Notes: generated from the sequence alone by a model not told the origin. A DNA stretch of 15,214 bases from a virus (IMGVR_UViG_3300001688_000696), one strand, 5' to 3'; shown: positions 1 through 8,311, counted from the first letter of the stretch. Made by a program: numbers and translations.

Positions 1-461
1 AGGTGACGGAATAGTGTTTCGATGTCCTGTTTTTCGAGAAACTGTTCCAGCTCGGCACAACGGCTAGCTTCCGTCTGTGCCTGTTTTTGTTCCTGTTCCG
101 TCAGCGCATTGGGGTAGGTGACAGCCAGATAAATCATCCCATCCTTGTGAACAAAATCTGGCTGCGGTTCGCCCCATTTCATGCGATGCTGGCGGTAAGC
201 AATCTCGTGGTAGTTTTGGGCAATAATACGGTCAAGGAGCATAACCGCGAAATGCACCTTGTCGGCTTCCCGTTGATTGCCAACGAAATTCGCTACTCGC
301 AGGTACTTTTCAACGTGCAATAGCTTCTGGCGAAGGATGAGAAAAATGTAATGTTCGTCGTCGTCTCTATCCTTCCAAATGACCGGAAGCCAACGAATAA
401 TATTCCGAATGCGGAAAAAGACAGCCAATAAGGTCAGGCGCAAAGTGTTCAGGGAATTCAT
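1..461 (-). CDS. Hypothetical protein, phage-type (3' end runs off the window)
   Basis: Not in the supplied ORF track. ATG at 461 behind GAGAGG; hand translation is stop-free to base 1: MNSLNTLRLTLLAVFFRIRNIIRWLPVIWKDRDDDEHYIFLILRQKLL.... The RWLPVIWKDRD motif resembles, from memory, a common phage hypothetical family. Confidence 0.8.
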   Translation of the reverse strand, partial: MNSLNTLRLTLLAVFFRIRNIIRWLPVIWKDRDDDEHYIFLILRQKLLHVEKYLRVANFVGNQREADKVHFAVMLLDRIIAQNYHEIAYRQHRMKWGEPQPDFVHKDGMIYLAVTYPNALTEQEQKQAQTEASRCAELEQFLEKQDIETLFRH

Positions 462-544
462 GATGTTTACCTCTCTATTTAGATGGATTTACTTGCTCAC
501 AGCATATGCGCATCCTGAAAGTGATTTGTTCGTTGCGCCTGATA

Positions 545-580
545 TATATTAATTATAGAAAAACCATTTGCAAAAGTCAA
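545..580 (-). promoter_or_regulatory. sigma70-type promoter with TATA extension
   Basis: TTGACT-N17-TATAAT-TAATATA upstream of the 461 start. Confidence 0.75.
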
Positions 581-660
581 GCGGTCGTCGGGCGAATTTT
601 GACCTTTTGGAAAAAGTCGTAGCAGTGTTTAGACGAGTTTTGGAGTGATAATTCAAAACG

Positions 661-694
661 AAACAAAAGCAGCCGGGGGACTTCCGGCTGCTTT
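661..694 (-). terminator. Intrinsic terminator
   Basis: AAAGCAGCCGG/CCGGCTGCTTT stem followed by TTTTGTTT on the minus strand, just after the stop at 717. Confidence 0.8.
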
Positions 695-716
695 GATTGA
701 ACGACAGAAGATGTTT

Positions 717-1076
717 CTAGCTCCCGATAGCCAGTTCGACCGTCTTTGTGTCGGGGTTGTAATAGACATTTTCGACCAGCAGGTCATCGATGCCATGCCC
801 CCAGACCTGATATTTAGTCGGGGCGGAATATATTTCTTCGTAACCTTTCACAATGCGGTCATATAGCTGCGCACGGGTGAAGCCACCGTCCTGATGGAAC
901 TTCATTTGCGTTTCTTCCCAGAGAGGATAAGAAAAGACGATGGTGATGTCCTTATCCGGGATGACCTGTTCATCGGGATTGATGAGTTCGCGTCCTTTCA
1001 GCGTCATGGGCGGGCATCCTGCAAACCTCTCGTCCCACTGATATTCCATTGTGATGATTATGATTTCTGCCATCAT
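717..1076 (-). CDS. Hypothetical protein (119 aa)
   Basis: Start revised to ATG 1076 (CAGGTG RBS), because the ORF-track start at 1136 lies in the promoter -35 box. Contains FSYPL...GFT...YEEIY...VWGHGIDDL. Confidence 0.75.
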   Translation of the reverse strand: MMAEIIIITMEYQWDERFAGCPPMTLKGRELINPDEQVIPDKDITIVFSYPLWEETQMKFHQDGGFTRAQLYDRIVKGYEEIYSAPTKYQVWGHGIDDLLVENVYYNPDTKTVELAIGS

Positions 1077-1100
1077 TTCACCTGAGTCGTTATTTATTAG

Positions 1101-1136
1101 TATAATTATTATGATTCTTTGGCGGAAAAATGTCAA
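1101..1136 (-). promoter_or_regulatory. sigma70-type promoter with TATA extension
   Basis: TTGACA-N17-CATAAT-AATTATA. Confidence 0.7.
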
Positions 1137-1168
1137 GCCGTTATCGTGTTTTTCGATGTTGCTGGATG

Positions 1169-1194
1169 AAAAAATGGAGACTTTTTTTATCTCC
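1169..1194 (-). terminator. Probable weak intrinsic terminator
   Basis: GGAGA-N9-TCTCC-ATTTTTT on the minus strand after the stop at 1217. Confidence 0.4.
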
Positions 1195-1216
1195 CTCTTT
1201 GTTTGCTTATCGGCGG

Positions 1217-1768
1217 TTAGCCGAGATTTTCGATTTTGTAGCGGAACAACAGGTCGCCGCGAATATGCTCGTCCAGAATCCGTGGAGCATCCCCGTCATA
1301 GGCAATCAACATGCCCCGCTTTTTCTCGTGCATCAGATATTCCATGCCGTGCTTTTTTACCCACGCCTTATCCATCCAATAAGTCGAGCTGCCATCAGTC
1401 AGAATATCAACTTCAAGCAACTTAGCGTTTTCCTGACGCTTTGACGGCATATTATCAAACACCCGCTGTTCTTCTTCGGTCAGGGGGCGGTAGCCGGGCA
1501 GATAAATCCGCAGCTCGTGCCCGTCACATTCCACCAGCGTGGCGTTTTTAAGTTCAAGGAACGAACCGGGCAAATCGTTTTGGTTCTTGCCGAGAAAAAT
1601 ACCGTTAGTCTGCTTTTTGACGATGACGCGGGGGACACCCAGATTGCGGCTGTTTTTGTAAATAGGTGATTCAACCAGCGTCAAAACAGTTTTGCCAACC
1701 TGCATAGCACGTTTCAACGCAGCGAGTGCCATTTTGGGGGCGATGGTAGTAGTTTCAGCGTTCTGCAT
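1217..1768 (-). CDS. Hypothetical protein (183 aa), paralog of 1954-2508
   Basis: GGAG RBS, own promoter. Shares ELRIY..G.RPLTEEE...DNMPSKR.ENA, TDGS...WMD, HGMEYL and RGDLLFR with its neighbour. Confidence 0.85.
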   Translation of the reverse strand: MQNAETTTIAPKMALAALKRAMQVGKTVLTLVESPIYKNSRNLGVPRVIVKKQTNGIFLGKNQNDLPGSFLELKNATLVECDGHELRIYLPGYRPLTEEEQRVFDNMPSKRQENAKLLEVDILTDGSSTYWMDKAWVKKHGMEYLMHEKKRGMLIAYDGDAPRILDEHIRGDLLFRYKIENLG

Positions 1769-1807
1769 TTTCTATCTCCGTAGTTGCACCGGCAAGTTAC
1801 ATTTCGT

Positions 1808-1843
1808 TATACTAATTATACTAATTATATGGGTGCGTGTCAA
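1808..1843 (-). promoter_or_regulatory. sigma70-type promoter with TATA extension
   Basis: TTGACA-N17-TATAAT-TAGTATA; the 9-mer TATAATTAG is locally duplicated. Confidence 0.8.
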
Positions 1844-1910
1844 GTCTTTCCTTTAAATGGCTTAAAAAACAAATAGTGGCACAGAAACTATCGCAAGATG
1901 TTCGGTAAGC

Positions 1911-1943
1911 AAAAACAGGAGACAAATGCCTCCTGTTTTCTTT
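1911..1943 (-). terminator. Intrinsic terminator
   Basis: AAAACAGGAG/CTCCTGTTTT stem with flanking A/T tracts, after the stop at 1954. Confidence 0.75.
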
Positions 1944-1953
1944 CCGCCGCCTG

Positions 1954-2508
1954 TTAGCTCTGGGGAAGTTCCACTCTGAAGCGAAACAGCAGGTCGCCCC
2001 GCACGTGGTCATCCCGGACAAGCGGTGATGTGACGTTGCTGTCAACAATCATGCCGCGCACTTTCTTGTGCTTCAGATATTCCATGCCGTGTTCTCTGCA
2101 CCACTTGACATCCATCCAAAAGGCTTCCGAACCGTCCGTAGTAGCCCCCATCCCGGCAAGCATCGCATTTTCCGGGCGTTTGGACGGCATGTTGTCATAG
2201 ACGTATTTTTCTTCTTCCGTCAGCGGGCGGTGTCCCGCCATGTAAATCCGCAGTTCGTTGCCGTCCAGCTCCACCAGCATGGCGTTTGGGAGTTTAAGCA
2301 GCAGACCATCTGTGTCCGTTGGACTTTCCCCGAGCAGCACGCCTCTGGCGTTTGCCCTGATAGCAAACATGGGTTTGCCAATCAGCCGGTGGGGATGGAC
2401 AGACAGCGGCGATTCAATCATCGTCAGCTTCACTCCGGTCGTTAGGGCACGCTTCATAGCGGCGATGGACATCTTTTTAGTGTGGGATACGGTTTGAAAA
2501 CGAGTCAT
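1954..2508 (-). CDS. Hypothetical protein (184 aa), paralog of 1217-1768
   Basis: GGGAG RBS, own promoter and terminator; co-linear similarity to 1217-1768. Confidence 0.85.
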   Translation of the reverse strand: MTRFQTVSHTKKMSIAAMKRALTTGVKLTMIESPLSVHPHRLIGKPMFAIRANARGVLLGESPTDTDGLLLKLPNAMLVELDGNELRIYMAGHRPLTEEEKYVYDNMPSKRPENAMLAGMGATTDGSEAFWMDVKWCREHGMEYLKHKKVRGMIVDSNVTSPLVRDDHVRGDLLFRFRVELPQS

Positions 2509-2561
2509 ATAAACGGTCTCCCTTTTTTGGTCGCTTGTCGCGCCGATAATTTTCTCTTGAA

Positions 2562-2596
2562 TATATTTATTATAGAAAATGGATGCGTCTGGTCAA
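2562..2596 (-). promoter_or_regulatory. sigma70-type promoter with TATA extension
   Basis: TTGACC-N16-TATAAT-AAATATA. Confidence 0.65.
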
Positions 2597-2695
2597 TAAA
2601 CAAGGTGGGGCTATGATGGCCTCTCCTTTTGTCTGCAAAAAATGCAGAAAAATCGCCGTGGCTACCATAAATAAAAAGCATTTATGGAGGCGGCA

Positions 2696-3235
2696 TTGGA
2701 AATTAGATTTGAACGGGTATGGTGTATGCCAAATCACCTTACGTTCCGTATCACCCCTATCACGAAACTTTTGGTAGAAGAAGTCACCTGCGGGCTTTGG
2801 CTTGACCCGTTCGCAAATGACAATCGTATCCGGGAGATTATTCAATCGCCGGAAGCGTCCTTTGTGACGAATGACCTCAATCCAGACTTCCCGACTGATT
2901 ACCACCTGGACGCGCTGGCTTTCTTGAAGCAGTTCCGTGATAATTCTGTTGACGGTGTTTTGTATGACCCGCCCTATTCCCCCCGGCAGATTACTGAGTG
3001 TTATCAGAAGGTAGGGTTGCCGGTGACAAACAAAACTACGCAGGCCTCTTTCTGGAGTCTGCAAAAGGACGAAATCGCCCGCGTCGTCAAACCTGGGGGA
3101 AAGGTCATCTGCTTCGGATGGAATACCAACGGTTGTGGAAAAAAACGAGGCTTTGAGCTGGTGCGTATCCTCGATGTCCCGCACGGCGGGCATCATAACG
3201 ATACGCTGGTTACGGTGGAAATCAAAAAATTCTAA
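2696..3235 (+). CDS. Orphan amino (N6-adenine/N4-cytosine) DNA methyltransferase, small phage-type family
   Basis: WLDPFAN (motif I-like), LYDPPYS (catalytic motif IV), KPGGKVICFGWN, HGGHHNDTLVTVE. Start set at TTG 2696, 5 nt after GGAGG; ATG 2684 is the in-frame alternative. Confidence 0.8.
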   Translation: MEIRFERVWCMPNHLTFRITPITKLLVEEVTCGLWLDPFANDNRIREIIQSPEASFVTNDLNPDFPTDYHLDALAFLKQFRDNSVDGVLYDPPYSPRQITECYQKVGLPVTNKTTQASFWSLQKDEIARVVKPGGKVICFGWNTNGCGKKRGFELVRILDVPHGGHHNDTLVTVEIKKF

Positions 3236-3251
3236 AACGATGGTAAAAAAC

Positions 3252-3280
3252 AAAAAAGCCCTGTCCATCAGGGCTTTTTT
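3252..3280. terminator. Bidirectional intrinsic terminator
   Basis: AAAAAAGCCCTG/CAGGGCTTTTTT between convergent genes. Confidence 0.85.
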
Positions 3281-3296
3281 GTTTGGCAATAACAAC

Positions 3297-3641
3297 CTAC
3301 ATGCTCCGCAACGCCCGAAGGCGGGCTTCAACCATGTCACGGATATACCGCTGGCGAATGTCCAGCTTGTAGCCAATGCTTTCCAATTCTTCTTTCAAAG
3401 CCTGATATTCATCCGGCGTGGCGGGAACAGTAGCTTCCCGAATCAGACCATCCGGGGCGCAAGCGCCATGCTGCCCGACAGTCTGGTAGGATTCGCATTC
3501 TGCTGCGTTTAAAGTGGCAGGGATTTCCGGGAAAATGGCGATGATGTCGCCGCCATCTTTGAACTTGCGAAAAATCACCTTGACGACTTCAACGGTCTCA
3601 TCAGTTTCGGTCTTGTCAACAGCTTTCGTGGTTTTGTCCAT
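3297..3641 (-). CDS. Hypothetical protein (114 aa), phage-type
   Basis: Start revised to ATG 3641 (GAGGA RBS, downstream of the promoter). VIFRKFKDGGDIIAIFPE...SYQTVGQHG...PATPDEY..LKEELESIGY resembles, from memory, a recurrent phage hypothetical family. Confidence 0.8.
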   Translation of the reverse strand: MDKTTKAVDKTETDETVEVVKVIFRKFKDGGDIIAIFPEIPATLNAAECESYQTVGQHGACAPDGLIREATVPATPDEYQALKEELESIGYKLDIRQRYIRDMVEARLRALRSM

Positions 3642-3662
3642 AATTTCCTCGCGCGCTTTATT

Positions 3663-3698
3663 TATACATATTATACTAATAACAGCGGTAAATGTCAA
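3663..3698 (-). promoter_or_regulatory. sigma70-type promoter with TATA extension (divergent pair, leftward)
   Basis: TTGACA-N17-TATAAT-ATGTATA. Confidence 0.8.
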
Positions 3699-3718
3699 CA
3701 CCAACCTGCACAATTATA

Positions 3719-3753
3719 TTGACATTTGGCAGAAAATGTTTATAATTATTATA
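3719..3753 (+). promoter_or_regulatory. sigma70-type promoter with TATA extension (divergent pair, rightward)
   Basis: TTGACA-N16-TATAAT-TATTATA. Confidence 0.75.
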
Positions 3754-3806
3754 CGGAAAATAACAATTGGCCAGCAGATTGCCGGATTGACGAAAGAAGG
3801 TCGCAA

Positions 3807-4076
3807 ATGGCAGTTACTTTATATCCTGAAGCCGTCGCTAATTGCAAAGTCCCCAAGGGCGTTTTCATTGTCGCTCATGTCTCAACCATGAGCGGGGAAA
3901 TCTGCACCGACTATTTCATAAGGGAAGATTTGCAACCTTTCAAAGTCGAAGATTGGAGTGTGAGCCGGCCTCATCCGGTCAATCTTTTCGAAATGTGCGA
4001 ATTGACCGGCGAAACCGAAAATGAAATCATGACGAAAGCGCGGTTGTACTTCGAGGGGAAGAAGCTGCCGCGATGA
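3807..4076 (+). CDS. Hypothetical protein (89 aa)
   Basis: ATG 3807 after AAGAAGG; the ORF-track start at 3726 is inside the promoter. Followed by a terminator. Confidence 0.7.
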   Translation: MAVTLYPEAVANCKVPKGVFIVAHVSTMSGEICTDYFIREDLQPFKVEDWSVSRPHPVNLFEMCELTGETENEIMTKARLYFEGKKLPR

Positions 4077-4094
4077 ACTCGACTTATTTCTGTG

Positions 4095-4129
4095 AAACAG
4101 CGCCCCTGACCAAAGGGGCGCTGTTTTTT
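4095..4129 (+). terminator. Intrinsic terminator
   Basis: AAACAGCGCCCC/GGGGCGCTGTTT plus T tract. Confidence 0.85.
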
Positions 4130-4174
4130 ATAGACTTGGAACGAAAATTGCCCTAAAATCCATCCGTTTTTTTG

Positions 4175-4209
4175 TTGACTTTTTCGCAGATTGATATATA
4201 ATAATTATA
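4175..4209 (+). promoter_or_regulatory. sigma70-type promoter with TATA extension
   Basis: TTGACT-N16-TATAAT-AATTATA upstream of the hicB-like gene. Confidence 0.7.
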
Positions 4210-4236
4210 CTAAATAATGTAAATCGGAGCGCACAA

Positions 4237-4476
4237 ATGGCTGTATCTTCCGAAGTCGAAAAATACCTGCAACTTCCATATTGCATTGAGGTCATCCATG
4301 ATGGCGAAGGTCTTTTTGCCCGTGTTGTTGAGCTGCCCGGCTGCATGACGCAGGCTGAGACATGGGCAGAATTGGGCGAGATGATAGAGGATGCCATGCG
4401 CGGCTGGCTGGAAGTGGCGCTGGAAGACGGGGATGACATTCCCTTGCCGAAAAAAAACCGTCAAAACGCTCAATAG
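4237..4476 (+). CDS. hicB: HicB-like antitoxin, N-terminal (toxin-binding) domain only
   Basis: YLQLPYCIEV...FARVVELPGCMTQAETWAELGEMIEDAMRGWLEVALEDGDDIPLP is the typical HicB/UPF0150 signature; GGAG RBS. Confidence 0.85.
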   Translation: MAVSSEVEKYLQLPYCIEVIHDGEGLFARVVELPGCMTQAETWAELGEMIEDAMRGWLEVALEDGDDIPLPKKNRQNAQ

Positions 4477-4687
4477 CCTTTCGTCAAAACAGCGACATAT
4501 TATGCTCTGGCTGGCGGATGGTCGAAGGTTTCCGCTTCCATGAGGTTCAGGAAAAAGGCCGGCTGGTGTTAGTGGAATATGCCTCGAAAGAAAAAAATGG
4601 GCAGATGCGCAGCGCGAAGCACGCTGATTCCGCAGATTGCTCAGTTATGATGATGGCGTTGTGTTCAGATAATCCCGGCAGACTGGG

Positions 4688-4728
4688 AAAATAAAAACAG
4701 CGTTCTGCAAAAACGCTGTTTTTATTTT
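4688..4728. terminator. Bidirectional intrinsic terminator
   Basis: 17-bp inverted repeat AAAATAAAAACAGCGTT/AACGCTGTTTTTATTTT between convergent units. Confidence 0.8.
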
Positions 4729-4744
4729 CCCGCTTTTGAGCCGC

Positions 4745-6121
4745 CTAAATGCCGAGCTGTTCGGCACGTTCTTTTCCAATCATTTCTCGGAACACGTTTT
4801 GTCCGTGATAGCCGTGCCTTGTGGTAACAACCCCATCCGGCTCGACAATATACCATGAATTTGAAGCGTTGTAGAGTTTGTATCCATCGATTTCCGCCGA
4901 AAGGGAACAAACGTCGTCCAGATATTCGCGCCACGACTTGTGGCCTGACCCTAACCCCTCTGCATTATCAATTGTGGGGGTGCCAGCGGGGGGCGGGGGC
5001 GGGGGCAGCTTATTGCGGCGGGCGATGGCACGGGCTGCGTTCCACTGCTGGGTGTAGACTTCCATGATGAGCTTATCCGGGTTGTAAACGTAAACCGTGT
5101 CGTATTTGGTGTCCGATGGCGCGGTCTGCCTTTTGACAAAGACCAGCGTGCCATCTGGATATTCGGCTTTCAGTTCGCCCTGACGAAGTGCTTCTTGCGC
5201 AATCTCCACATTCACGCCCGGCATATATTTGTCGAGCTTCATGCAGCCGACCATGATGAATTCTTCATCATCATCGTCGTTCCTCTTGACCGGCACGGGG
5301 CGAATAGAATTTTCAAACTCTACTGACCCTGGAATCGGCCGGCCGGGAACGAGGTTTTTGATGTAATCAATCAAATCTTCCGCCAGAGCGTACCGGTTAT
5401 AGTAGGTATTCAAAAAGTCAGGCGACATCATTTTGTCGCTCTTTAGCAGGTCGTCAAGCGCCTGTTTTTGTTCTTCGGTCAAATCATCATAGGAAGGGCT
5501 GTTCCAAATTGCCTTTTCAATCGCAGAAGGCGGGTTGTATTTTTCATAGCGCGGAGAACCCGGCAAGTCGGTGATAAGTGACTTCAATCGTTCAACGCTT
5601 CCCACATGGTTGAGTTGTGCGGCCAGTTTTTTCAACGTTTCTTTTTGGGTCTCGCCGGATGCCATGCGCATACCAGTCGTGCCATCCACAACTGACCACA
5701 TATCCCGTGTTTCTTTCGTGATAAATACATCCAGCCCGTCCAGCGGGGGCGGAAGCTGAACCGGCTCCCCATTGACCCGCACAAATTGCCCATTATAGTC
5801 CAACAAATAGTAATCGTCGCTAATGCGATTCGCACCATTGACTCCAACAAGCGGGGCAACGACACGGGCGTTTTTTTGGATTTGAATCTGGTCGGCGGTG
5901 ATGCTAAGTAGCGTGGTCGGGATGGCTTTTGGCTGCTGCATCTCACCCTTGTCCTGCGGTGTGGCTTTTCCACAGGTCGGTTTATGACCGTTCCCATCAG
6001 CACCGATGAAGTTCCCACAAATAATACAATTATTGTATTTCCACTCACCTTTGGTGACGGGCGCAGTTCCGTGAGAGTTGCTCTCGTTTACTGCATTTCG
6101 AGATTTCCATCTACAAGTCAT
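4745..6121 (-). CDS. Hypothetical protein (458 aa) with a possible N-terminal Zn-binding motif
   Basis: Long ORF, GAGAGG RBS. CIICG...GHKPTC near the N-terminus and a poly-Pro linker near the C-terminus; function not recognised. Confidence 0.8.
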   Translation of the reverse strand: MTCRWKSRNAVNESNSHGTAPVTKGEWKYNNCIICGNFIGADGNGHKPTCGKATPQDKGEMQQPKAIPTTLLSITADQIQIQKNARVVAPLVGVNGANRISDDYYLLDYNGQFVRVNGEPVQLPPPLDGLDVFITKETRDMWSVVDGTTGMRMASGETQKETLKKLAAQLNHVGSVERLKSLITDLPGSPRYEKYNPPSAIEKAIWNSPSYDDLTEEQKQALDDLLKSDKMMSPDFLNTYYNRYALAEDLIDYIKNLVPGRPIPGSVEFENSIRPVPVKRNDDDDEEFIMVGCMKLDKYMPGVNVEIAQEALRQGELKAEYPDGTLVFVKRQTAPSDTKYDTVYVYNPDKLIMEVYTQQWNAARAIARRNKLPPPPPPAGTPTIDNAEGLGSGHKSWREYLDDVCSLSAEIDGYKLYNASNSWYIVEPDGVVTTRHGYHGQNVFREMIGKERAEQLGI

Positions 6122-6393
6122 TTTTTTCTACCTCTCATGTGTGGTTGTCTGTTCCAATGACGAAATCGATTATTTAAATAACTAGATTTGCGCAGGGCTA
6201 TACGGCAGCGTTGATGATTAGGGAACCGTTCTCTGCAAAATTCGCCAGTCCAGCATATATTTCGTCTTTTTCATAGTAGCGTTTTGCAGTGAAAAAATTG
6301 GCGATTACTAGCAGTCCAATTGAAAGTTTTTCAGGAGTGATGCGATATGGCGTGTGAAAAAAATGTAAAAAAGCGAAAAACACCGTACGGGGA

Positions 6394-6942
6394 ATGGGCG
6401 GCCAGCAAATTTGGGAAACCGGTGAAAAAGTAAAGGCGGTGATAAGGCGATTGTCGGCTGCCCCGCCTGATGAATTTGATTTCGCAGTGGTCGATTATAT
6501 GCCGTCCGGCATCATGGAGAAAATAAAACTTTTCCAGCGAGAATTACAGGAAATTGCGATGCGACTCCCGCAGGAAGAATACCTGGTCTCTGAACCAGCA
6601 ACGAAAAAGACCGGAGCGTTTTTCAATCTAAAGACATGGAAGAAGAAAGAGGTCGCGAAACTGGCAAGGCGCATTATCCCCCAAAAGCTTCACAGCCGTA
6701 TTGACGGCGTTGCGCAGTTGCCGGAAGATGAAAATATGTACTGTGTCCGTGTGTGGGTGCCGGATGAACCAGCGCCCTATCTTGTATTTGTTGATACGCT
6801 GGATGCCGAAAAGACGAACAAGCTGACTTTTGTCGCCATCGCCCATATCAACCGCAGCGGTCAAATCGTGCTGGTCAATGATTGGGAACGTGGCATCCCA
6901 CTGGCAAAGGTTTTGGAAGAAAACAACGCCTTTATTCGCTAA
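6394..6942 (+). CDS. Hypothetical protein (182 aa)
   Basis: ORF with GGGG purine run before the ATG, ending immediately before a terminator. Confidence 0.7.
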   Translation: MGGQQIWETGEKVKAVIRRLSAAPPDEFDFAVVDYMPSGIMEKIKLFQRELQEIAMRLPQEEYLVSEPATKKTGAFFNLKTWKKKEVAKLARRIIPQKLHSRIDGVAQLPEDENMYCVRVWVPDEPAPYLVFVDTLDAEKTNKLTFVAIAHINRSGQIVLVNDWERGIPLAKVLEENNAFIR

Positions 6943-6943
6943 G

Positions 6944-6977
6944 AAAAACAGGGCTGTTCATCGCAGCCCCGTTTTTT
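6944..6977. terminator. Bidirectional intrinsic terminator
   Basis: AAAAAC-A-GGGCTG/CAGCCC-C-GTTTTT between convergent genes. Confidence 0.7.
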
Positions 6978-7000
6978 GTCCAAGAAGATTTGCTGTGCTG

Positions 7001-7855
7001 TTATTCATCCGTGCCCAACTGCTTTTCGCTGATTTCCCACAACTGGCGAGCAAGCTCTTTGTTCGCACAGGTCGGGTCAACCGGCTGGCTGGCATACCGT
7101 TTAAAGTAGCCGCCTGTAACCTTCATCGCCGGGCTGGTTGCCAAAAAGACGACTGGGGCAACCCCTTCATCGACCGGGAGCATAAATCGGTGGATGATGC
7201 TCATGGCGATTTTCGCAAACAGGCTGCTTTCTACCGCGATGTGGGTTTTCACCCAACCGGGTGTAATTGCATTAATGTGGATTCCCGTGCCGCCGAGCCG
7301 GTCAGCCATCTCATACATAAAGACCATCAGGGCGCGTTTGGAATAGGCATACGCCTTGACGCCGTTGTAGCCGTTTTTGCCGGGGCGTTTGGTGAAATCC
7401 GGCTTGGAAGAACGATAGGTACTGGAGACCATTTCGATGATGCGCACGTCCTGTGTGGCTTTCGCTGTTTCTTGCAGCAGGGGTAGAAGCAGGTGGGTGA
7501 GCTGGAAGTGACCCAGATAATTCAGCGCCCACGTGTATTCCAGCCCATCGGCGCTTTCCTTATACTTCAGGAACGTTCCGCCCACATTGTTCAACAACAC
7601 GTCCAGACGGTCAAAACGGCTGGTGAATTCATCAGCCAGTTTTTTCACGCCCTGATGGGTTGATAAGTCCGTCCAGATGCCGTACACATCCGGGTTGCCG
7701 GTCGCTTCCCGGATGGCGTCGATGTTCTGCTGACCTTTTTCGACCTGAATATCGGCAATCACGACCTGCATCCCCAGATGCGCCAACTGTTTTGCTGCCG
7801 CGCCGCCCAAACCTTCAGCGCCGCCAGTGATTAATACGGTTTGCTTTTCTGCCAT
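7001..7855 (-). CDS. Classical short-chain dehydrogenase/reductase (retinol-dehydrogenase-like subgroup)
   Basis: LITGGAEGLG (TGxxxGxG), LDVLLNNVG, VSS and catalytic YAYSK (YxxxK). Start revised to ATG 7855 after AGAGG. Confidence 0.9.
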   Translation of the reverse strand: MAEKQTVLITGGAEGLGGAAAKQLAHLGMQVVIADIQVEKGQQNIDAIREATGNPDVYGIWTDLSTHQGVKKLADEFTSRFDRLDVLLNNVGGTFLKYKESADGLEYTWALNYLGHFQLTHLLLPLLQETAKATQDVRIIEMVSSTYRSSKPDFTKRPGKNGYNGVKAYAYSKRALMVFMYEMADRLGGTGIHINAITPGWVKTHIAVESSLFAKIAMSIIHRFMLPVDEGVAPVVFLATSPAMKVTGGYFKRYASQPVDPTCANKELARQLWEISEKQLGTDE

Positions 7856-7942
7856 AAAATAGCCTCTTTTAGTTTGTTTTCTTAGATGATGCAATTCGGG
7901 GCAGCGGAGCAAAAATCCATTTTGTCAAGTCAAAAAGGTAGT

Positions 7943-7978
7943 TTGACATAAAATGAAGTTGTTAGTATAATTAATATA
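7943..7978 (+). promoter_or_regulatory. sigma70-type promoter with TATA extension
   Basis: TTGACA-N17-TATAAT-TAATATA. Confidence 0.8.
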
Positions 7979-7999
7979 AAGTAACACGGGGAGGTAATC

Positions 8000-8311
8000 A
8001 TGGCTGATAAGATTGTTTGTCCGATTTGTGATAGCGCTCGTATCGTCCGTGTCCGGCACGATGTTGATTGGAGTAATGGTCATGATGTATATCCGGTCAA
8101 TCCTGCCGATTGCTACCAGAAGGAGGAGTATGACGAGCAGGGGCGGCTGGTGTCTTACGGCGACATTGACGAGAACGGTCATGGTAGCTACGGTGATATT
8201 GATTTTTTCGCTTGCCTGGAATGCGACTTTATCTGGAACCGCTATGGTAGGGACATCATGGAACTGCTGAACCGCTACGTTGAAAAGGCGCTGGCGAACT
8301 CCGCGAAATAG
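8000..8311 (+). CDS. Hypothetical Zn-ribbon-like protein (103 aa)
   Basis: GGGGAGG RBS; CPIC...CLEC cysteine pairs; internal SYGDID repeated twice. Confidence 0.75.
   Translation: MADKIVCPICDSARIVRVRHDVDWSNGHDVYPVNPADCYQKEEYDEQGRLVSYGDIDENGHGSYGDIDFFACLECDFIWNRYGRDIMELLNRYVEKALANSAK

Noticed and set aside
2570-3376. 268-aa minus-strand ORF
   Set aside because: Antisense shadow of the methyltransferase that also crosses a terminator and a promoter.
4477-4694. hicA toxin partner downstream of hicB
   Set aside because: No frame gives a HicA-like dsRBD sequence (no GSH-type motif).
6198-6383. 61-aa minus-strand ORF in the divergent intergenic region
   Set aside because: Short, no clear RBS and low-complexity composition; more likely promoter-containing spacer.
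6830-7486. 218-aa plus-strand ORF (also shadows 87-323, 645-866, 1051-1444, 2068-2445, 5632-6048 and those within 13056-14432)
   Set aside because: Antisense or out-of-frame shadows of better-supported genes, several reading through terminators.
8148-8201. SYGDID peptide duplication in the Zn-ribbon protein as a repeat system
   Set aside because: Only two short copies with synonymous divergence; most simply an old local duplication.
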